Positions 1-9,725 of a stretch of 64,000 nt of DNA are shown here, one piece after another. A program made the translations under genes and the position numbers. This stretch comes from Ostreococcus lucimarinus (lineage: Eukaryota). The stretch lies in NCBI GenBank assembly GCA_000092065.1, contig CP000589.1, one strand, 5' to 3'. The notes below the pieces were generated by a model, which searched no databases, had not been told where the DNA came from, and saw nothing but the letters and a program-made list of their open reading frames with translations. Each line of letters opens with the position of its first letter. Position 1 is the first letter of the stretch.

Positions 1-1
1 C

Positions 2-850
2 GAGGGAGGGGAGTACGAGGACGATTGGAAAAATTTGGCCGAGGCGCCAAAGTCGATGCAAAACGCGTTGTATGATTCCATGCAAGCCACGCAGTTTGGA
101 TTTCGACCGACGATGGGCGCGATGCCGTCGCTGGATTTACCCACATCGCTGCCTTCGTTACGCTATGCGGCGGACATCAGCTGGTCCGGGGCGACGAAGA
201 CGGCGGCCCCCATAGCGCCTTCGTCCACGGCGACGCCGCTACCTGACGTCGTCGTGACGCCCTCGGTGCTGGCGCCGCCGCCACCTTTGCCACCGACGCC
301 GCCACCACCGCCACCACTGCCTCGGGAAAATTTGCACGCGTCCGCGCCGCCGGCGCAGCTCCCACCGGGCGCGAACGTCGGCGACGGCGGGCGGAGCGCG
401 CTCATGGACGCGATTCGCAACAAGGACAACAAATCGAGGTTGCGCAAACGTGGGTCAGCGGCGCCGAGCGCGGACGCCGCACCGCCGCCACCTCGCGGCG
501 CGCCGATGGAGCCCGACTTACGAGGCGCGCTCATGGACGCTATTCGCGCGAAACCGATGCTGAAATCGTCGAGTCGCCCCGAGTTGAGCGACGGCGATCC
601 GCCCGCCGCGGCGCCGCCCGCGCCGCCGCGACAAATGTCCATGATGGAGGAGTTAGCGAACAGTTTAGGACGACGTCGCTCCGCCATCGTGGCATCCGGC
701 GACCACGACGTGCGCGAGAAGGTCATCGAGACGACGACCCAACGCCCGAGTGGCATCGTCGGCTTGGGCGATTTCATCAAGGCGAAGGAGAGTGCGACGA
801 ACTGCGACGAAGACCAAGACGACGACGTGAGCGATTGGGATAGCGACTAA
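2..850 (+). CDS. WH2/VCA-module protein, C-terminal part (5'-partial; the reading frame is open to the window edge)
   Basis: Frame 2 has no stop from nt 2; the ORF-track start at 35 is TTG and the first ATG is at 56. Contains poly-proline (PPPPLPPTPPPPPPLP), two WH2-like motifs (GRSALMDAIRNKDNKSRLRK and LRGALMDAIRAKPMLKSS), then an acidic tail with Trp (DEDQDDDVSDWDSD), which is the WASP/SCAR-type VCA layout. Confidence 0.5.
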   Translation, partial: EGGEYEDDWKNLAEAPKSMQNALYDSMQATQFGFRPTMGAMPSLDLPTSLPSLRYAADISWSGATKTAAPIAPSSTATPLPDVVVTPSVLAPPPPLPPTPPPPPPLPRENLHASAPPAQLPPGANVGDGGRSALMDAIRNKDNKSRLRKRGSAAPSADAAPPPPRGAPMEPDLRGALMDAIRAKPMLKSSSRPELSDGDPPAAAPPAPPRQMSMMEELANSLGRRRSAIVASGDHDVREKVIETTTQRPSGIVGLGDFIKAKESATNCDEDQDDDVSDWDSD

Positions 851-902
851 GAATATAGAACTAGACGCGCTAAGATGCTACCACCGCCCCTGATCGCGAC
901 GA

Positions 903-1646
903 TCAAAGCTTTGACCGCCGCGCGTTGAACGCGGCAAACTTTTCCCGCGCCACGGCTCTGTAATTCGCGAACGCGCGCCGCCGTTCCGCCGCGCGCGCCT
1001 CATCCACGCCCAGCCCATCGTGAATCGCGCGCTTAATCGCGCTCGCCCCTCCCGGCGCCATCTCGCACACCGCCATCGCCATCTCCATCGCCTTCGCCTT
1101 CGCCGACGCCGCGTCCTTCGTCGTCGCGCACGTCAACCCCAGCGCCTCCGCCCGCCTCGCGTCCATCGCTCGTCCGAACACCGAGCACGCCCGCGCCGCG
1201 TTCGCCCCGACGCTCCGACTCAGCTTCACGCTCAGTCCCCAGCTCGGTAAGATCCCGATCGTCGCGTGCGTGTCCACGAACCGCGCGTCCTCGCTCGCCA
1301 CCAACGCGTCGCACCCGAGCGCGAGCTCGAATCCCGCGTTCACGCAGTCCCCGTGCACCGCGCCCACGATCGGCGCCTCGCACGCCTCCATCGCCAGAAC
1401 CGGATCGCTCGCGACGTCCCGCTCGTCCATCGCGAACACCTCGCGCGCGGCGCGCAGATCGATTCCGCTGCAAAAGTGTCTCGACGCGCCGCTCCCGCAC
1501 AGCACGACGACGCGCGCGCCGTCGTCCCGCGCGAGCGCCCGCGCGAGCGCGCGCACCGCGTCCGCGCTCGCGAGCGCGTTCCCGCGCGCGGGATTATCGA
1601 TCGTGATCACGCGCACGCCGCGCGCGTCGAGCGTCACGTCGATCAT
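903..1646 (-). CDS. enoyl-CoA hydratase/isomerase (crotonase) family protein
   Basis: Crotonase-fold motifs: ITIDNPARGNAL, RVVVLCGSGASRHFCSGIDL, NAGFELALGCDALVASEDARF, GILPSWG. The start is set at the internal ATG (MIDVTL...). The ORF is also open to an ATG at 2072, but that Arg/Asp-rich low-complexity extension contains the GIGIGIG microsatellite and looks non-coding. Confidence 0.7.
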   Translation of the reverse strand: MIDVTLDARGVRVITIDNPARGNALASADAVRALARALARDDGARVVVLCGSGASRHFCSGIDLRAAREVFAMDERDVASDPVLAMEACEAPIVGAVHGDCVNAGFELALGCDALVASEDARFVDTHATIGILPSWGLSVKLSRSVGANAARACSVFGRAMDARRAEALGLTCATTKDAASAKAKAMEMAMAVCEMAPGGASAIKRAIHDGLGVDEARAAERRRAFANYRAVAREKFAAFNARRSKL

Positions 1647-1725
1647 CGCGTCGCGTAGCTCGCGTCGCGCGCGCGTCGAAGTGCGCGACGCGTCGCTCGC
1701 GCGCGCCCGCGGCGCGTCCACTCCG

Positions 1726-1744
1726 ATTCCAATTCCAATTCCAA
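1726..1744. repeat. (ATTCCA)3 hexanucleotide microsatellite
   Basis: attccaattccaattccaa is seen directly. It is an AT-rich island in otherwise ~65-70% GC sequence, upstream of the crotonase ATG. Confidence 0.9.
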
Positions 1745-2289
1745 CGCGTTCGTTCGCGACGCCGCGCGACGCGTCGAGGCGACGTCTCGCGCGCTCGCCT
1801 CGCGTCGCGTCGCGCTCTACTCGGTCGCCTCGCCGCGTCGCGCGTCGTCGCCGAACGTCGGCGCGGGCGCTTTCGTCGTCGTCGCGCGTCGCGCGGCTTC
1901 GAATCGCGCCGTCGCGGCTTTCGCCGGATCGTACGTCGATCCGGGGAGCTTGTACCGCGGCTCGCCGTTCGGCGGCGGCGGCGTGCACGGCGTGATCATA
2001 TCGCACGTCACCTCGGCGCGCGCGGCGGACGCCGTCGCGAGCGTCGTCGCGAGGGCGACGGTGACGACGCATCCGACGATCGCGCGGTCGCGCGCGGCGT
2101 CGGCGTCGGCGTCGGCGGCGCGCGACGCGCGGGCGACGCGCGCGCGCGGCGTCGCGCGGCGCGCGCGCGCGGGCGTCGACGCGCGCGCGGCGGGGCGCGC
2201 GAGAGGCGCGCGGGCGAGCATGGCGACGGCGCGATGGGCGTCGACGAGTGCCGCAACGGTCGCGACGACACTCGCGCGCGACGCGATCG

Positions 2290-3189
2290 ATGCGCGGCGA
2301 CGACGGCGACGGCGACGCGAACGAGGAGGACGAGGCACGACGCGCGGCGGAGTGCGACGCGCTTCGCGCGATCTACGGCGACGAGCGCGTCGTCGTCGCG
2401 ACGGTGGACGCGCGCGGGACGCGCGTCGTCGAGGTGTCGCTCCGGCGCGGCGCGTGGCGGTGTCGCGCGACGCTCGGTGAGAGATACCCATCGCGCGAAC
2501 CTCCGGACGTGCGGTTCGTGTGTTTGACGACGCGGGACGCGCGCGCGCGGGCGTGCGAGCGCGCGGCGGAGGCGGGGGTGGAGGACGCGTGGGAGGCGAC
2601 GGGGAGGGAGTGCTGCGTCTTCGCGCTCATCGAACGCGCGCGCGAACGCGTGGACGCGCTCGAGGACGGCGATCGGCGCGCGCGCGAGGACGAGGGTGCG
2701 GGTGCGGGTGCGGGTGACGTCGACGCGGCGCCGGCGGCGATCGCGGGGACGGCGGGGACGGCGGGCGCGGAGGACGACGCGAGACGGGCCGACGTGCGAT
2801 CGAGGTTGACGTCTCGCGAGCCCGTGGTGGAGAAGAAGAGCGTGTTTCAGGCGCACGTGTGCGTGGGGGTGAAAGACGTGAGTGAAGTGGCGATCGTGAT
2901 GGATATTTTGAACGAGTCGAGGAGGGTGCGAGCGGCGACGCATAATATTTTGGCGTATCGAGTGTCGAGGAACGACGCGTCGAAAACGTTTTACCAGGAT
3001 CACGACGACGACGGCGAGACCGCGGCGGGTGGGCGATTGCTTCGGTTGCTCGTGCTCGCAGACGCGCGAGACGTCGTCGTAGTCGTCTCGCGCTGGTACG
3101 GGGGGATCCATCTGGGACCGGCGAGATTTCACGTCATAAACGCGTGCGCCAAGGACGCTCTCGTGGCTCTAGGAGAGATTCATCAATAG
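2290..3189 (+). CDS. IMPACT/Yih1-like protein (RWD domain plus UPF0029/Impact/YigZ domain)
   Basis: N-terminal RWD-like block (ECDALRAIYGDE...VRFVCLTT). C-terminal Impact-family block (KKSVFQAHVCVGV...HNILAYRV...DHDDDGETAAGGRLLRLL...VVVVSRWYGGIHLGPARFHVI). The ORF-track start at 2248 is GTG; the first ATG is 2290. Confidence 0.8.
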   Translation: MRGDDGDGDANEEDEARRAAECDALRAIYGDERVVVATVDARGTRVVEVSLRRGAWRCRATLGERYPSREPPDVRFVCLTTRDARARACERAAEAGVEDAWEATGRECCVFALIERARERVDALEDGDRRAREDEGAGAGAGDVDAAPAAIAGTAGTAGAEDDARRADVRSRLTSREPVVEKKSVFQAHVCVGVKDVSEVAIVMDILNESRRVRAATHNILAYRVSRNDASKTFYQDHDDDGETAAGGRLLRLLVLADARDVVVVVSRWYGGIHLGPARFHVINACAKDALVALGEIHQ

Positions 3190-3254
3190 CGCGTCGTAAG
3201 ACGTTGTAGCGGCTAGTACTAGTACACCAAGAGTAGATCTCTCGACGATTCATT

Positions 3255-3977
3255 CTACGTCGGCGCGTCGTTCGCGACGATGCGCGCCCAAAGCCTTCTC
3301 AACTCGCGTACCCCCAACGCCTCTAAATACTCGGCGTTGCGCTCGCGAATGTCCTCGCGTTCCTCCAGGCGATACCACGTGTCTTCCGCCCTTTCGATGT
3401 CGCACGCGCGGAGCAAGTGTACCGTCGGAAACGGACTCCTCGACGTGTAATTCGACGCCTCGCTCTCGCCGTCGAACGCGGCGAGCGGATGAAACGGCAC
3501 GACGGTCACCGTCTCGCCGCCCGTCGTCGCCTCGCACGCGTCCTCCGCCTCGCGCACCGGTCCGCGCATGAATCCTTCCCAGTCATCGTTCCATCCGTTT
3601 TCAAACACGATGAGCGTCGTCGCGCTCTCGTCTCGCGCGCACGCCGCCAGTCGCCGCGTCTCTCGCGCGAGGACGTCCCCGTAGCCGCCGCCGCCGCCGT
3701 CGCCGCGCACGACCTCGATCGCGAACGTCTTCGCCATCGACGCCCTCGCGAACGGACACAAATTCATGCCGATGATGACGTCGGTCAACCAGCGCGTCGT
3801 GGCGTCGCGCGCGTCGCGCGCGGCGGCGCCGTCCGACGAAGCTCTAACTGTCCTGACGCGCGTTCGCGCCGCTCGTCGCGCGCGCGAACGGCGCGCGCGC
3901 GCGAGCGGGGGCGACGCGCGCGACGACGACGCATCGCGCGACGCCGCGACGCGCGCGCGCGCGAGGAAACGGGACAT
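3255..3977 (-). CDS. DUF1415-like protein with Arg/Ser/Ala-rich N-terminal presequence (organelle-targeted?)
   Basis: Real ATG at 3975-3977. A ~70-aa presequence precedes a conserved core: GMNLCPFA...TLIVFENGWNDDWEGF...VVPFHPL...FDGE..NYTSRSPFPTVHLLR. The family assignment is from memory of the LCPFA motif. Confidence 0.45.
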   Translation of the reverse strand: MSRFLARARVAASRDASSSRASPPLARARRSRARRAARTRVRTVRASSDGAAARDARDATTRWLTDVIIGMNLCPFARASMAKTFAIEVVRGDGGGGGYGDVLARETRRLAACARDESATTLIVFENGWNDDWEGFMRGPVREAEDACEATTGGETVTVVPFHPLAAFDGESEASNYTSRSPFPTVHLLRACDIERAEDTWYRLEEREDIRERNAEYLEALGVRELRRLWARIVANDAPT

Positions 3978-4019
3978 GCGCGCCGATGTGTGTGGATTTA
4001 AAACGACGCGCGACGACGC

Positions 4020-6227
4020 TCAACTAAAAGCGCGTCGGAGCATGAACAAGTGCAAGACGATGAGATAGACGGAAAACGCCGTGCGAGTCGCCCTGCTCTT
4101 CATGAGCATCTTTCCGCTCGTCAAACCGATGCGATCGTGAATCGGAAGCGAGGACGCGGAGTCTTCGACCTCCCGCTCGCGAAACGCGGCGAAGGGGTTC
4201 AAGCGCGCCAGGTATCGACGGCGATACCGCTGGACGACGCCGCCGGCGTCGCCGCCGGGGATGTCTGACTCGGCGTTGACGCCACCGAAACAACCGTAAC
4301 GCGCGGCGCGGCGCCGCATGCCGTCGACCGCGGCTGCCGTACGTTCGCTTTCGATGTTGACCGTCACCGCGCCGCACGAATAACGCGCGTTCTTCGCGCT
4401 TTGCGACGGCGCCGTAGACGCCGCGACGGCGCCGTCGGTGACGGGTATGCCTTCCGCGTCGACGCGCAGGATTGTCGTCCGGCCACCCGACGACGCTAAT
4501 TGCTTGGAATAGTAATTTTGCACGTACTGAAGTTTTTCGAACAGCTGCACGCTGTCGGCTTCGAGCTTTGCCTTCGCGTCCTCGGCGGCGATTTTGTCCT
4601 GCTCGAGCCTAGCCGCGCGCTCGTCCAGTTCACCCACCCTACGCTTGAATCGATCGCGTTGAGATGTGAGGATCGTGAGCAAATCTGTCGACTCCGAGGA
4701 CGCCGCGTTCACTTTCATCGGAGACCCGTTCACGGCTCTATCCTCGATGATTTCCGAGAGTCGCGTCGCTAAATCGGTCTCGAGCGTCGCGACCATCTCC
4801 GCCGTTTCGGTGTACTTGCGCTCGGCACTCGCTTGCGCACCTCGTGCGATTTCAAGAGAAGTGGTCGCTTCTTCTGTTTCGCGCCTTGCTACCGTGAGTT
4901 CGGCGGCGAGCTTTTTGTTTCGCTCGCGCAACGATTGCATCGCCTCCGCGCCGCTCGCCGACGATTCGTCACCGCCCGCCGCGGCGTCGTCATCGCCGAC
5001 CTCCAGGCCACTGATTTCTTGCAACATCTTGACGCGATTCGTTAGTGTGGCTATTTCAGCCTTTAACTTTAACGTCGCCGACTCAGACGGTTGCGCCGTT
5101 TCGCGCGCTTTCAAAACCTCTTGTCTAAGCGCGACGATTTGCGCGTTCAGCGATTCCCGTTCGGCGGCGTGTTTTTCTTCAGACTCCTTCGCACGCGCCG
5201 CGTTCGATTCGACCTCCGCCGCGAGCTGAGACACCATGCGTTCCTTTACCGCGAGCTTCTCGGCGAGCCTGGACTCGGCGTGCTCGTCTCGACTCGTCGT
5301 CGCCCTTTCCGTAGCGCGCGCGGCTTCGACGTGCGCCTCCAACGCCTCCTCGCGACGACGCAATTCCTCACCCAAAGTCACCAACTCTTCTTTTTCCGCC
5401 GCGTTTCTCGCCTCGTTCGTCTCCATCGCGTTCTCAGCGTCGAATAATTTACTCGCCATCTCGTCGTATTGCTTCTGTAAAGCACCGAGCTTTTGTTCCG
5501 CCGCCGCTTTGCCTTGTCGCGCCGCATCCGCGCTCGATTCCGCCGCGCGCTTCTTCGCCTCCATCGTCTTCATCGCCTCGTCAATCTTCTCCTGCATTTT
5601 CTCTTTCATCGCACTCATCAAGCTCTCCGCGTTCGCCCCCGACGTGGACGCCGCGAACGACGCCTTTTTCGCCGCGTCCCGTTCCACGCGCGCCGCCTCC
5701 AGCTCGCGCCGACACGTCGCCATCGTCGACAACGCCTCCTCCGGCGCTCCGGCCACCAGCACCGCCCCGTCCCCGATGATCGCGCGCACGCACGCTAAGT
5801 CTTCCTCCCTGCACCGCGTCAACCGCTTCACCTCCTCGGTGAGCGCCAGCGTCGTCGCCTCGCCGTCGCTCGCCGCGCGCGTCAGCTTCTCCTTCAATCG
5901 CCGTTTCTCCTCCCGTTCCGCCGCCGCGCTCGCGTCGCACCGCGCCCGCGCGTCGCGCATCGCCCGTTGCACCTCGTTCCAGTTCAAATCTCTCCATTGA
6001 CGCGCCAGGCGCGACGCGTCGTCGTCGAACGTCGCCGATGTCGCGCTCGAGCGATCGTCGCTGAACAGCGATTCCGCCGCGCCGTCGATCGCGTCCAGCG
6101 CGCTCGTGATGGCGCTGTCGAAGTCCTCGAACGACGGCGCGTACGCCGCGAGCGACGGCGCGAGCGACGCCGACGCGGGCGCGGGCGCCGGTGGCGACGG
6201 CGACGGCGGTTCGGCGTCGTCAACCAT
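4020..6227 (-). CDS. golgin CASP-like coiled-coil protein with C-terminal transmembrane anchor
   Basis: ~600 aa of heptad-rich coiled coil, then a CASP_C-like block (LLTILTSQRDRFKRRVGELDE...QLFEKLQYVQNYY), then a single C-terminal TM segment (FSVYLIVLHLFML). Start is set at the internal ATG (MVDDAEPP...) at 6225-6227; the upstream part of the ORF is Arg-rich. Confidence 0.7.
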   Translation of the reverse strand: MVDDAEPPSPSPPAPAPASASLAPSLAAYAPSFEDFDSAITSALDAIDGAAESLFSDDRSSATSATFDDDASRLARQWRDLNWNEVQRAMRDARARCDASAAAEREEKRRLKEKLTRAASDGEATTLALTEEVKRLTRCREEDLACVRAIIGDGAVLVAGAPEEALSTMATCRRELEAARVERDAAKKASFAASTSGANAESLMSAMKEKMQEKIDEAMKTMEAKKRAAESSADAARQGKAAAEQKLGALQKQYDEMASKLFDAENAMETNEARNAAEKEELVTLGEELRRREEALEAHVEAARATERATTSRDEHAESRLAEKLAVKERMVSQLAAEVESNAARAKESEEKHAAERESLNAQIVALRQEVLKARETAQPSESATLKLKAEIATLTNRVKMLQEISGLEVGDDDAAAGGDESSASGAEAMQSLRERNKKLAAELTVARRETEEATTSLEIARGAQASAERKYTETAEMVATLETDLATRLSEIIEDRAVNGSPMKVNAASSESTDLLTILTSQRDRFKRRVGELDERAARLEQDKIAAEDAKAKLEADSVQLFEKLQYVQNYYSKQLASSGGRTTILRVDAEGIPVTDGAVAASTAPSQSAKNARYSCGAVTVNIESERTAAAVDGMRRRAARYGCFGGVNAESDIPGGDAGGVVQRYRRRYLARLNPFAAFREREVEDSASSLPIHDRIGLTSGKMLMKSRATRTAFSVYLIVLHLFMLRRAFS

Positions 6228-6726
6228 GACGGGGCGTCGGCGCGCGCGTCGCGGTGTGGCGACGCGCGACGCGCGCGCGTCGCGTCGGCGCCGAGGCGCG
6301 TCGAAATGCCCTCCGGCGCCTCCCGGCGCGAAGGCGTCGGAATCGACGCGCGCGCGGTGGACGCGCGCGACGACGGCGTGGGAATCCAACCGACACTTCA
6401 CGACGCGCGGCTCGCGCGGCGCATGCGCGCGCGCGCGCCCTCGTCGACGGCCTCGATCGCGGCGCATCGAACGCGCACTACTACACCGGCGCCGACGCGC
6501 CGACGCGTCGCGAGACGCGCGGAAACGACGACGGCGCGCGCGGACGAGACGCGCGCGAGAGGTCGAGACGGTCGACGAGACGGCGGGATGACGAGACGCG
6601 CGCCGAGCGTCGCGCGCGCGCGTCGACGCGGCGGCGGCGGTCTGTGCGGGCTGGGCGCGACGTCGTCCCGCGCGGTTTCGAAGGATTCCGTCATCTTCAC
6701 GTTCGAGCGCGGTCGCGCGGACGGTG

Positions 6727-6810
6727 CGCGCGCGCGTCGCGCGTCGGGAGCGAACGAGACCGCGCGAACGAGACTGCGCGCGCGTCGCGCGTCGGGAGCG
6801 AACGAGACTG
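6727..6810. repeat. Direct repeat of ~34 bp (gcgcgcgtcgcgcgtcgggagcgaacgagac) with 50-bp period; GCGAACGAGAC core present three times
   Basis: Seen directly 30-110 bp upstream of the PPDK ATG. The same repeat shows up as the repeated peptide ARASRVGSERD/ANETARTRLRARRASGANET in a spurious ORF. Confidence 0.8.
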
Positions 6811-6838
6811 ACGCGCCGCGTTCGCAGGTTCCAAGGAC

Positions 6839-9526
6839 ATGAAAGAGCTGCTCGGTAGCAAGGGCAGCGGGTTGGCGGAGATGGCGAGATTAGGTTTGCG
6901 CGTTCCCGCGGGTTTCACCGTCTCGACGCGGTGCTGCGAGCGTTACGAGCAGTCGGGAATGGACTTCGTGCGTCGGGAGCTCTGGGAAGAAGTTTTGGAC
7001 GGCGTCGCGTTCATCGAGAAGACGACGAAGCGGACGGTGTTTCGATCCGGGTGCTCGTTGGTAGCCGCGCCGCCGCTGTTGCTGAGCGTTCGATCGGGCG
7101 CGGCGGCGAGCATGCCGGGGCAGATGGACACGGTGTTGAATCTCGGGATGAACGACGAGTGCGCGCAAGCGTGCGTGAACGCCGGGTTCGATGCGCGATG
7201 GGTCTACGATTCGTACCGCCGTTTGATCTCGATGTTCGGCGACGTCGTCGAACATCTTCCGAAACAAGATTTTGAACGCGCGCTCACGAAGGCGAAGGAA
7301 ACGAATAACGCTCGTTACGACACCGAACTCGACGCCGAGGCGCTGAAACTGCTTTGCGGGGAATTCAAAGACATCTACGCGAAGCACGGCAAAGTCTTCG
7401 AGCAGGACGCGATGAAACAGTTGGAACAGAGTGTCGTCGCGGTTCTTGAATCGTGGAACACGCCGCGCGCGGTCGAGTATCGCGAAATCAATCGCATCAC
7501 TGGTCTTCGCGGCACGGCGGTAAACGTACAGCAGATGGTTTTCGGGAACATCAACGACAATTCCGGCGCCGGCGTGTGCTTCACGCGCAATCCGGCTGAC
7601 GGCGCGGATGAGACGTACGGTGAGTACCTCGCGCAATCGCAAGGAGAAGACGTCGTCTCGGGCGTGCGGACACCGATGGGGCTGAAAGCTATGGCGGAAT
7701 CGCAACCGAAGGCGGCGGAAGAGCTCGAATCGGTGTGCGACGCGCTCGAGGACGATTTCAAAGACATGTTAGACATCGAGTTTACGATCGAAGATGGCGA
7801 GCTTTACATTTTGCAATGTCGTGTCGGCAAAAGAACGGGAACGGCGGGCGTGCGAATCGCAACGGAGATGTTTGCGGAGGGAATCATTTCAAAAGATGAA
7901 GCACTCATGAAAGTCAACGCGCAAAGTCTCGAGCAGGTTCTGCATCCAGTTTTTCTTCTCGACGCCGCGTCGCCGGATTACTCGTCGAAAATCGTCGCCA
8001 GCGGTTTACCCGCGTCTCCAGGCGCGGCCGTCGGTCGAATCGTGTTTTCTTCCAAGGAAGCGAAAGAGTACAAATCACAAGGGAAACCGTGCATTCTGGT
8101 GAGGGAAGAGACGAGCGCAGACGACATAGGAGGCATGTACGCGGCGGAAGGCATTTTGACCGCGCGGGGAGGGATGACATCGCACGCCGCCGTCGTCGCT
8201 CGGGGATGGGGCAAGCCGTGCGTGAGCGGATGTGGCGCCATCAGCTTTAAGAATGATCGCGAGATTCGCTTCGGGACGAGCGATCGCACGTATCGCGCCG
8301 GTCACACGATTTCCATCAACGGCGCGACCGGTGAGGTGATCGACGCAGAACTCGCGGTGGCGCCGAGCACGATTGACACTTTCTTACCTCTCAAGACTCT
8401 GATGCACTGGGCCGATGAGAAGCGCCGTGTTGAGATCCGAGCCAACGCGGACACGCCCGAGGACGCGGCGGCGGCGATTCGCAACGGCGCGAAGGGCATC
8501 GGATTGGTTCGCACAGAACACATGTTCTTCTCATCGACCGAACGCGTGCACGCAATTCGCGAGTTTATCATCGCGCAAGATGAGCAAGCGCAAAAGGTGG
8601 CGCTCGAAAAGTTGGAAAAGTTTCAGTACGAAGATTTCAAAGGAATTCTGAAATCTGCCGGGGGCTTTCCCGTGACGATGCGCTTGATCGATCCACCTCT
8701 TCACGAATTCTTGCCGTCCCGCGAAAAACTGCGCGAAGGAGCGGCGAACGAAATGTCCAAGTACATTCACGGAAAATCAGCGCACGACATCATCGAAATC
8801 GCGGAGAGCATGCGCGAGCACAACCCAATGCTTGGTTTCCGCGGCTGCCGATTAGGATGCGTCAAGCCTCGCATTACGCGCATGCAAGTCCACGCGTTTT
8901 GTCGAGCCGCGATCGATCTCATCGCCGAGGGCGTGCCCGTGGAACCTGAAATCATGGTCCCGCTCGTGAGCACAGTGGAGGAGTTTCACAACCAACGGGA
9001 TTTGATCTGGGATGTCATACGAGATCTCGGGCGCGAAAATCAGGCTCCGCCGATGCGCGTGCAAGTCGGCGCCATGATCGAAACTCCGCGAAGCGCGCTC
9101 ATCGCCGGCGAGCTCACGCGCGCAGGCGCCAGCTTCTTCTCTTTCGGCACAAATGATCTCACGCAAATGACGTACGGATTCTCCCGCGACGATAGCGACG
9201 CCTTCGTCAAGCCTTACAAAGACATGGGCATTCTCCAAAGCGACCCGTTCGAGATTCTGGACACCGTCGGCGTGCGCGAACTCATCTCCATCGCCGCCGA
9301 ACGCGCGCGCGCCGTGCGCCCGGACGTCGAGCTCGGGATATGTGGCGAGCACGGCGGTGATCCAAAGTCTTTAGTCACCATCGACGCGCTGGACTTGGAC
9401 TACGCCTCGTGTTCGCCGTCGCGCGTGCTCGTCGCGCGCCTCGCCGCCGCGCAAGCCGCCGTCGGCGGCGCGCCGTCCAAACAGCGAAAGCGCGCCGCGC
9501 GCTCGCACGCCTCCCCAGCCGCGTGA
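6839..9526 (+). CDS. PPDK: pyruvate, phosphate dikinase
   Basis: Full-length collinear match to PPDK: N-terminal ATP-grasp region (MKELLGSKGSGLAEMARLGLRVPAGFTVST), central phosphohistidine domain (GGMTSHAAVVARGWGKPCV), C-terminal PEP-utilising TIM barrel (GLVRTEHMFF...GICGEHGGDP). No transit peptide in the ORF. Confidence 0.95.
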   Translation: MKELLGSKGSGLAEMARLGLRVPAGFTVSTRCCERYEQSGMDFVRRELWEEVLDGVAFIEKTTKRTVFRSGCSLVAAPPLLLSVRSGAAASMPGQMDTVLNLGMNDECAQACVNAGFDARWVYDSYRRLISMFGDVVEHLPKQDFERALTKAKETNNARYDTELDAEALKLLCGEFKDIYAKHGKVFEQDAMKQLEQSVVAVLESWNTPRAVEYREINRITGLRGTAVNVQQMVFGNINDNSGAGVCFTRNPADGADETYGEYLAQSQGEDVVSGVRTPMGLKAMAESQPKAAEELESVCDALEDDFKDMLDIEFTIEDGELYILQCRVGKRTGTAGVRIATEMFAEGIISKDEALMKVNAQSLEQVLHPVFLLDAASPDYSSKIVASGLPASPGAAVGRIVFSSKEAKEYKSQGKPCILVREETSADDIGGMYAAEGILTARGGMTSHAAVVARGWGKPCVSGCGAISFKNDREIRFGTSDRTYRAGHTISINGATGEVIDAELAVAPSTIDTFLPLKTLMHWADEKRRVEIRANADTPEDAAAAIRNGAKGIGLVRTEHMFFSSTERVHAIREFIIAQDEQAQKVALEKLEKFQYEDFKGILKSAGGFPVTMRLIDPPLHEFLPSREKLREGAANEMSKYIHGKSAHDIIEIAESMREHNPMLGFRGCRLGCVKPRITRMQVHAFCRAAIDLIAEGVPVEPEIMVPLVSTVEEFHNQRDLIWDVIRDLGRENQAPPMRVQVGAMIETPRSALIAGELTRAGASFFSFGTNDLTQMTYGFSRDDSDAFVKPYKDMGILQSDPFEILDTVGVRELISIAAERARAVRPDVELGICGEHGGDPKSLVTIDALDLDYASCSPSRVLVARLAAAQAAVGGAPSKQRKRAARSHASPAA

Positions 9527-9582
9527 TCCACCCTTACACTTTAGATTTTACGCTTTTACGACGCCATCACGTTTCTTCGTCC

Positions 9583-9614
9583 GTCGAATCGTCGAATCGT
9601 CGAGTCGTCGAGTC
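9583..9614. repeat. (GTCGARTC)4 tandem octamer in the PPDK 3' flank
   Basis: gtcgaatcgtcgaatcgtcgagtcgtcgagtc is seen directly. Confidence 0.85.
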
Positions 9615-9725
9615 GTCTCGCCGCGGCCACCTGGCGCCAACGACCACATGACGACAGTGTTCATCGGGTCGCGTCACACCGCGGCGCGCGTCCGCCGACG
9701 CGCGGCCGCGTGAGAAACGCGCGCG

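Noticed and set aside
2008-3132. Very long Arg/Ala/Pro-rich ORFs on the opposite strand or shifted frame of real genes (for example 2008..3132-, 12660..14033-, 14254..15477-, 26321..27457+, 43481..44377-, 54047..55807-, 57523..58776-)
   Set aside because: Composition is dominated by Arg/Ala/Pro/Ser with no motifs. They overlap well-supported genes. They are explained by extreme GC3 bias keeping antisense and shifted frames stop-free. Many begin at GTG or TTG in the ORF track.
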